This document shows, one piece after another, positions 1 through 3,095 of a stretch of DNA of 3,095 nucleotides. This DNA is from Escherichia coli (GTDB taxonomy: Bacteria > Pseudomonadota > Gammaproteobacteria > Enterobacterales > Enterobacteriaceae), in NCBI RefSeq assembly GCF_003334815.1, contig NZ_QOWO01000086.1; one strand, 5' to 3'. The notes beneath the pieces were generated by a model. It ran no database searches and was not told where the DNA came from. It saw nothing but the letters and a program-made list of their open reading frames with translations. Made by a program: the position numbers and the translations under genes. Every line of letters begins with the position of its first letter. Position 1 is the stretch's first letter.

Positions 1-378
1 AATCGCTCCCCTGCGGCGACTCTTGTCATAAGAGTGCCGGAGCGTTTTTCCATCAATTGCAATGACGTCTTTATCATCTGAAGAATGGCAGTCACGCATC
101 CAGTTAATAAAGCACTCGTGAAATTTTGCAGGACTGATACAGGATACAACTCTGGCAATGGTATCGTGAACAGGAATACCATTTTCAAAATCACCATATT
201 GCTTCAAAAAATCGGGATGTGTTTCCCCAAAATCCTCTATATCTTCCCAGCCTTCTGCACCAGAAATAACGGCACAAATAGTCAACAGTAGAATATCCGA
301 TAACTTATGTTCCATTTTCCAGGCTTGTCTGTAATCGGGGATAATAGAAATATGTCCCATCAATTTTTTAAGTTCCAT
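1..378 (-). CDS. ISAs1-family transposase (H-repeat-associated protein), N-terminal 126 codons; the rest of the gene lies beyond the window start
   Basis: Absent from the ORF track because there is no stop in the window. ATG at 378-376 is preceded by AAGGAG (plus 385-390) with a 6-nt spacer, and the frame is open to position 1. My hand translation: [126 protein letters not shown]. This is colinear with the N-terminus of the 862..1608 ORF at about 60% identity by hand alignment. It matches my memory of E. coli H-rpt (YhhI-type) ISAs1 transposases; not searched. Confidence 0.85.
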
Positions 379-440
379 TTTGTTCTCCTTAATTATGTAA
401 GGAGTATTTGATCATGTGTAAGCAATAAAAAACAGCTTTA
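1..440 (-). mobile_element. ISAs1-family (H-repeat) insertion sequence, copy A, partial; the upstream boundary near 440 is approximate
   Basis: Contains the transposase start (378) and about 60 nt of upstream leader. The leader shares a TGATCAAA-containing block (plus 407-414) with the leader of the second copy (plus 1652-1659). Terminal inverted repeats could not be defined by eye. Confidence 0.55.
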
Positions 441-463
441 GGTAATAAGGAATATCTCAATTT

Positions 464-1608
464 TTAAACATAAAATGCGAATTGTTTAGTACAAAAAGTG
501 AACTTCTGATGATCTTTCCCTGTGTTTAACGCAGCCTTCTTTCTTTTCCTCTTCACCCTTAATGTCTTTGCAATCTCTTAATAAATTCAGTGCCATCTTC
601 TTTATTCCAGATATTATTTAGGCTGCGTTTCCTCTTCTTATCCGGCTGGCATCTTCATTCATTTTTACATCTAACACCCAATGAAGACTGTGCTCGATCA
701 GCCAGTGCGCTCTGATAGCATGTGCAAATTCTTTAGCATCCATATCCTTTGATGAAATATAATATCGGATGCTTACACCTTCTGCTGATTTATCTTCTTT
801 CTTCTGCCTGAATGACAATGCTACACAAAGCTTTTTTAATCCCTTCCATTCGAATTCAAAATCACAAAAGTTCAGGCGTTACGTTACTGACAATATGCAA
901 ACGTGTTTCTTTTCTTCCATGACTTATCTCCTGCGTACTAAACGAATCGCCTTTATAATTAGAAAACACATTTACAGGAAATTTTTCCTCGAATGCATGA
1001 TGTAATTTCCCCTGATTGCCTTTTACTGCCAGAAGATAATCTGCTTTTTTATCTTTGATCTTCGAAGCGATATCTTTCTGACAGCCCATAGCATCAATGG
1101 TTATCAAATTTTTCTTTAAATACAGTAGGTTAAGCAACTCTGGAATGGCTGTAATCTCATTACTTTTGGCTTCCGTTTTCACCTGCCCCAGTACAACACC
1201 ATTTTCGTTCGAGAATGCACTCACCATATGGATTGCTCCTTTTCTTTTTCCCTTATCAAAGGAGCCTCTTATGGTCTTTCCATCTATTGCTATAATTTCA
1301 CCATCAGTGATTTCATGGCACTCCTGCATCCATTCAATAAACATCTTTTCAAAGGCCAAACTGTCAATGTTACTCACAACGCGTGCAATGGTGTCATCGA
1401 CCGGAATGCCATTATCAAAATCACCATATTTCTTTAGCCATTCAAGTCTTTCATGTCCAAAATCTTCAATTTCCTGCCACTCATCGGCACCTGCAATTAC
1501 TGCACATACGGTGAGAAACAAAATAGCAGATAATTTATGTTTAACCTTTCCTTGTTGTCGTATATCAGGGGTCACTGAAATATAATCAAGCAGACTTTGA
1601 ATACTCAC
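464..1608 (-). pseudogene. ISAs1-family transposase (H-repeat-associated protein), disrupted: +1 frameshift near 861-864, in-frame TAA at 618-620, second frameshift near 555-560
   Basis: Track ORF 862..1608 (248 aa, MSIQSLLDYISVTPDIRQQGKVKHKLS...) is the N-terminal two thirds; the start is GTG at 1608 with AAGGA 6 nt upstream. After TPELL the protein continues in the +1 frame as [25 protein letters not shown]...[29 protein letters not shown] (track ORF 618..818, whose reported M is a TTG). This is interrupted by TAA at 618-620 where homologs have Glu. The same frame then reads IISGIKKMALNLLRDCKDIKG. A further frame change gives VKRKRKKAALNTGKD... and a stop at 464-466. Total span is about 381 codons, matching a full-length ISAs1 transposase of roughly 378 aa (length from memory). 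Confidence 0.8.
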
Positions 1609-1683
1609 CTGGCGTCCTTTTTTATCTTTTTAGTTATTCCAAAGGTTAAATTTTGATCACCTGTAGGCGTTAAAGCAAAGATG

Positions 1684-1709
1684 AAAATCGTGATTTACAT
1701 CACAATTTT
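1684..1709 (-). repeat. Imperfect inverted repeat / hairpin (11-nt arms, 4-nt loop); candidate weak terminator for the rhs-immunity transcript or an IS-end structure
   Basis: Plus strand reads aaaatcgtgat-ttac-atcacaatttt. On the minus-strand RNA the arms AAAAUUGUGAU / AUCACGAUUUU pair fully with one G:U wobble. It lies about 80 nt downstream of the small-ORF stop (1790) and about 75 nt upstream of the copy B transposase start. The stem is AT-rich and the U-run is inside the stem, so it is weak as an intrinsic terminator. Confidence 0.2.
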
Positions 1710-1789
1710 CATGATCTTGCCCTGCCCCGTCCCTTGCTCTCATGTCTTTCTGTATGTATTTTATATTTTTCTCTTTCTGGTGTTGTTCA

Positions 1790-1945
1790 TTATGACCATT
1801 TACCAATCCAGTCAAAAACTTCATTTTTCAAATTGTTATCATAATAATCAACATCATAATAGTCTCCATAATTAATTATTTTATAACTAGCCTTCTTGTT
1901 TTTATCACTAAAATACACCCGTTGTTTTGTAGCGCAGAACTCCAT
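1790..1945 (-). CDS. Small hypothetical protein (51 aa from ATG 1945; 62 aa if GTG 1978 is used); status uncertain, possibly a frameshifted 3' extension of the immunity gene
   Basis: Track ORF 1790..1978; the reported M at 1978 is a GTG. Internal ATG at 1945-1943 is preceded by GGAG (plus 1949-1952, 3-nt spacer). Peptide MEFCATKQRVYFSDKNKKASYKIINYGDYYDVDYYDNNLKNEVFDWIGKWS. It is AT-rich like the neighbouring immunity gene and I see no family resemblance. Confidence 0.3.
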   Translation of the reverse strand: MEFCATKQRVYFSDKNKKASYKIINYGDYYDVDYYDNNLKNEVFDWIGKWS

Positions 1946-1968
1946 ATTCTCCAGTTTACTAATGTTTT

Positions 1969-2271
1969 TTAATCGCACGCTATAAAGAATATCATTGAAA
2001 AATTAAGATTTATATCAACCACTCCACAGTGCGTCCTGTAATTATTAACCATTATACTTATAAAATGACCATTCCCTCTACTAATTTTTTGGTCATTAAT
2101 TATTTTATAAATAATATTTTTTTCAGAAAGATATATCTCAACGCTCTTTGGTGTTTTATGTCCATAAAATACGATGTCAGAATTTGAATTGTTATCAAAC
2201 CCAAGGTAAACAACAAATAAACAAAGGGTAATTAAAAAAATGACAAGTTTGCCTCTAATAATTTGAAGCAT
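1969..2271 (-). CDS. Putative Rhs immunity protein, 100 aa, with N-terminal signal-anchor / transmembrane segment
   Basis: ATG at 2271-2269 overlaps the rhs stop (TAG at 2257-2255) by 17 nt. Strong SD AAGGGAG (plus 2277-2283) with a 5-nt spacer. N-terminus MLQIIRGK + [17 protein letters not shown] is a positive n-region followed by a 17-residue hydrophobic stretch, then a polar run DNNSNSD. The gene is very AT-rich (13/60 G+C in the hand-counted sample 2101-2160). Position directly downstream of an Rhs toxin tip is the canonical immunity location. Confidence 0.6.
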   Translation of the reverse strand: MLQIIRGKLVIFLITLCLFVVYLGFDNNSNSDIVFYGHKTPKSVEIYLSEKNIIYKIINDQKISRGNGHFISIMVNNYRTHCGVVDINLNFSMIFFIACD

Positions 2272-3095
2272 CTGAACTCCCTTGCTTTGCTTTTATTGGA
2301 TTATCTGCTTTTATACCATCTAACCCGAAGAGTTGCCCAGTGTTATATTTTTCAATACATGCATCGCTACATTTGGCAGAAAAATCGCCACAAGCAATAC
2401 CGACAGTGTTATTTTTAAGATCCATGATTCTTTCTTTAGCTGGCTGACCTTGTCTATCCCCTGCCGCCTCATGATTTTTACCTATCACGTCAGCTATTGT
2501 TGATCCAAATGTCTTAGTCATTCGACACATCAAGTAACAATGTCTCATTGCATCGGCGGCCCCATTATGAGCTCCGCCAACAATAGCATCCATATCATAA
2601 CCGAACTGGTAAGCACTGTTAGTAATGCTGTTTGCAGCAATCAATCCAGGTACACCAGATACGGCATAAATTAGTCCACCTGATGTCATATTCTCAATCG
2701 CATCTAACCCCATTGGGTCTATCACTTGTATGGGATTCAACGGATACTGATACATATTCCATCCACCTCTCAACCCAATCGGGTCCGGGGTGATATACCG
2801 CCCCTGCAACGGATCGTAGTGCCGGTGACGGTTATAGTACAGCCCCGACTCCTCATCATGCTGCTGCCCTGGCAGACGGTACGGCTGGTGCAGGTGATGC
2901 GGGTTCTCCTCATTAAGCTGGTTGCCCCATTCATCATACTCCCCGCGCCACGCCGTATTGCCGTCTTCGCTGATGAGCGCCAGCGGCAGGCCCCGGTGGT
3001 CGCAGTGGTAAAAATGAACTTTTCGCGCCGGTGTGTATTCCGGCTCCACCTGTCTGGCCAGTTGCTCCACCGTCAGCCCGCACTGCGCAAGCCAC
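2255..3095 (-). CDS. Rhs family protein, C-terminal portion (end of Rhs core plus C-terminal toxin domain); 5' part of the gene lies beyond the window end
   Basis: Track ORF 2255..3070; the reported M at 3070 is an internal GTG and the frame stays open to 3095 (..[15 protein letters not shown]..). Contains the conserved Rhs core end [17 protein letters not shown]...YDEWGN...[56 protein letters not shown], with DPMGL at plus 2705-2719. The G+C-rich core (44/60 in sample 2941-3000) gives way to a lower-GC tip (30/60 in sample 2521-2580). Stop is TAG at 2257-2255. Confidence 0.9.
   Translation of the reverse strand, partial: WLAQCGLTVEQLARQVEPEYTPARKVHFYHCDHRGLPLALISEDGNTAWRGEYDEWGNQLNEENPHHLHQPYRLPGQQHDEESGLYYNRHRHYDPLQGRYITPDPIGLRGGWNMYQYPLNPIQVIDPMGLDAIENMTSGGLIYAVSGVPGLIAANSITNSAYQFGYDMDAIVGGAHNGAADAMRHCYLMCRMTKTFGSTIADVIGKNHEAAGDRQGQPAKERIMDLKNNTVGIACGDFSAKCSDACIEKYNTGQLFGLDGIKADNPIKAKQGSSDASNY
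2258..2704 (-). other. Rhs C-terminal variable (toxin) domain, 149 aa, family unassigned
   Basis: Sequence after DPMGL: [149 protein letters not shown]. It has a His/Asp/Cys cluster [16 protein letters not shown] (plus about 2525-2569) and a second Cys cluster [13 protein letters not shown] do not recognise HNH, HExxH, deaminase (H[AC]E..PCxxC) or ART (R..STS..ExE) signatures. Confidence 0.7.

Larger units (their letters stand above)
440..1710 (-). mobile_element. ISAs1-family (H-repeat) insertion sequence, copy B, decayed; both boundaries approximate
   Basis: Carries the disrupted transposase at 464..1608 plus roughly 100 nt of leader. The leader includes the TGATCAAA block (plus 1652-1659) shared with copy A and an imperfect hairpin at 1684-1709. 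It sits immediately next to copy A in the same orientation. Confidence 0.5.

Noticed and set aside
85-291. Plus-strand ORF (68 aa) whose peptide resembles that of plus-strand ORF 1228..1437
   Set aside because: Both are antisense shadows of the two paralogous ISAs1 transposase genes on the minus strand. The resemblance reflects the paralogy, not a real plus-strand gene family.
379-470. Sigma70 promoter for the copy A transposase (TTGCTT .. CATAAT)
   Set aside because: The best -35/-10 candidates are about 22 nt apart, outside the 16-18 nt optimum; not supportable by eye.
618-818. Minus-strand 66-aa ORF as an independent gene
   Set aside because: It is the C-terminal segment of the frameshifted ISAs1 transposase. 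Its apparent start is a TTG inside the continuous [20 protein letters not shown] frame, and it ends at a premature TAA.
769-1005. Plus-strand ORF (78 aa)
   Set aside because: Lies entirely antisense to the transposase pseudogene, with low-complexity composition and no convincing RBS.
1097-1585. Plus-strand ORFs 1097..1585 (162 aa) and nested 1228..1437 (69 aa)
   Set aside because: Antisense to the well-supported transposase ORF 862..1608. Ser/Phe/Ile-rich composition is typical of the reverse frame of an AT-rich gene.
1681-1875. Plus-strand ORF (64 aa, very hydrophobic)
   Set aside because: AT-rich intergenic/antisense sequence in which Phe/Ile/Leu codons dominate by chance. It overlaps the minus-strand small ORF and the leader hairpin and has only a weak AAAG upstream of the ATG. 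A small membrane peptide cannot be excluded, but there is no positive evidence.
2200-2271. Lipoprotein lipobox in the immunity N-terminus (LITLC)
   Set aside because: Position -1 relative to Cys is Leu, not Gly/Ala/Ser, so it does not fit the L-[AST]-[GA]-C consensus. Signal-anchor is the more conservative reading.
2525-2569. Assigning the toxin to HNH nuclease, LAS/M23 metallopeptidase or deaminase families on the basis of [16 protein letters not shown]
   Set aside because: The spacings do not fit: H-x4-D rather than the Hx3D/Hx6D of M23/LAS enzymes; no HxH; the His-Asn-His span is too short for an HNH fold; no HAE/PCxxC. Left as unassigned.
1-3095. CRISPR arrays, tRNA or rRNA genes
   Set aside because: No regularly spaced direct repeats, no cloverleaf-compatible segments with conserved tRNA features, and nothing resembling rRNA were seen on either strand.

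Overview
This window reads as the tail of an Rhs element, all on the minus strand (annotation by eye, no searches run). From high to low coordinates: (1) the 3' end of an rhs gene (2255..3095, running off the window edge), made of the GC-rich end of the Rhs core, the PxxxxDPxGL demarcation motif, and a 149-aa lower-GC C-terminal toxin domain that I cannot assign to any known toxin family; (2) a 100-aa AT-rich ORF (1969..2271) overlapping the rhs stop by 17 nt, with a strong RBS and an N-terminal membrane anchor, the likely cognate immunity gene; (3) a small AT-rich ORF (1790..1945/1978) of uncertain status; (4) a decayed ISAs1-family (H-repeat) transposase gene (464..1608) carrying two frameshifts and an in-frame stop; (5) a second, divergent ISAs1-family transposase gene (1..378) that looks intact but is cut by the window start and is absent from the ORF track. 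No rRNA, tRNA or CRISPR was found. All plus-strand ORFs in the track look like antisense shadows. The candidate novel system is the Rhs toxin/immunity pair; its mechanism is unknown, and the membrane-anchored immunity hints at an envelope or periplasmic target.
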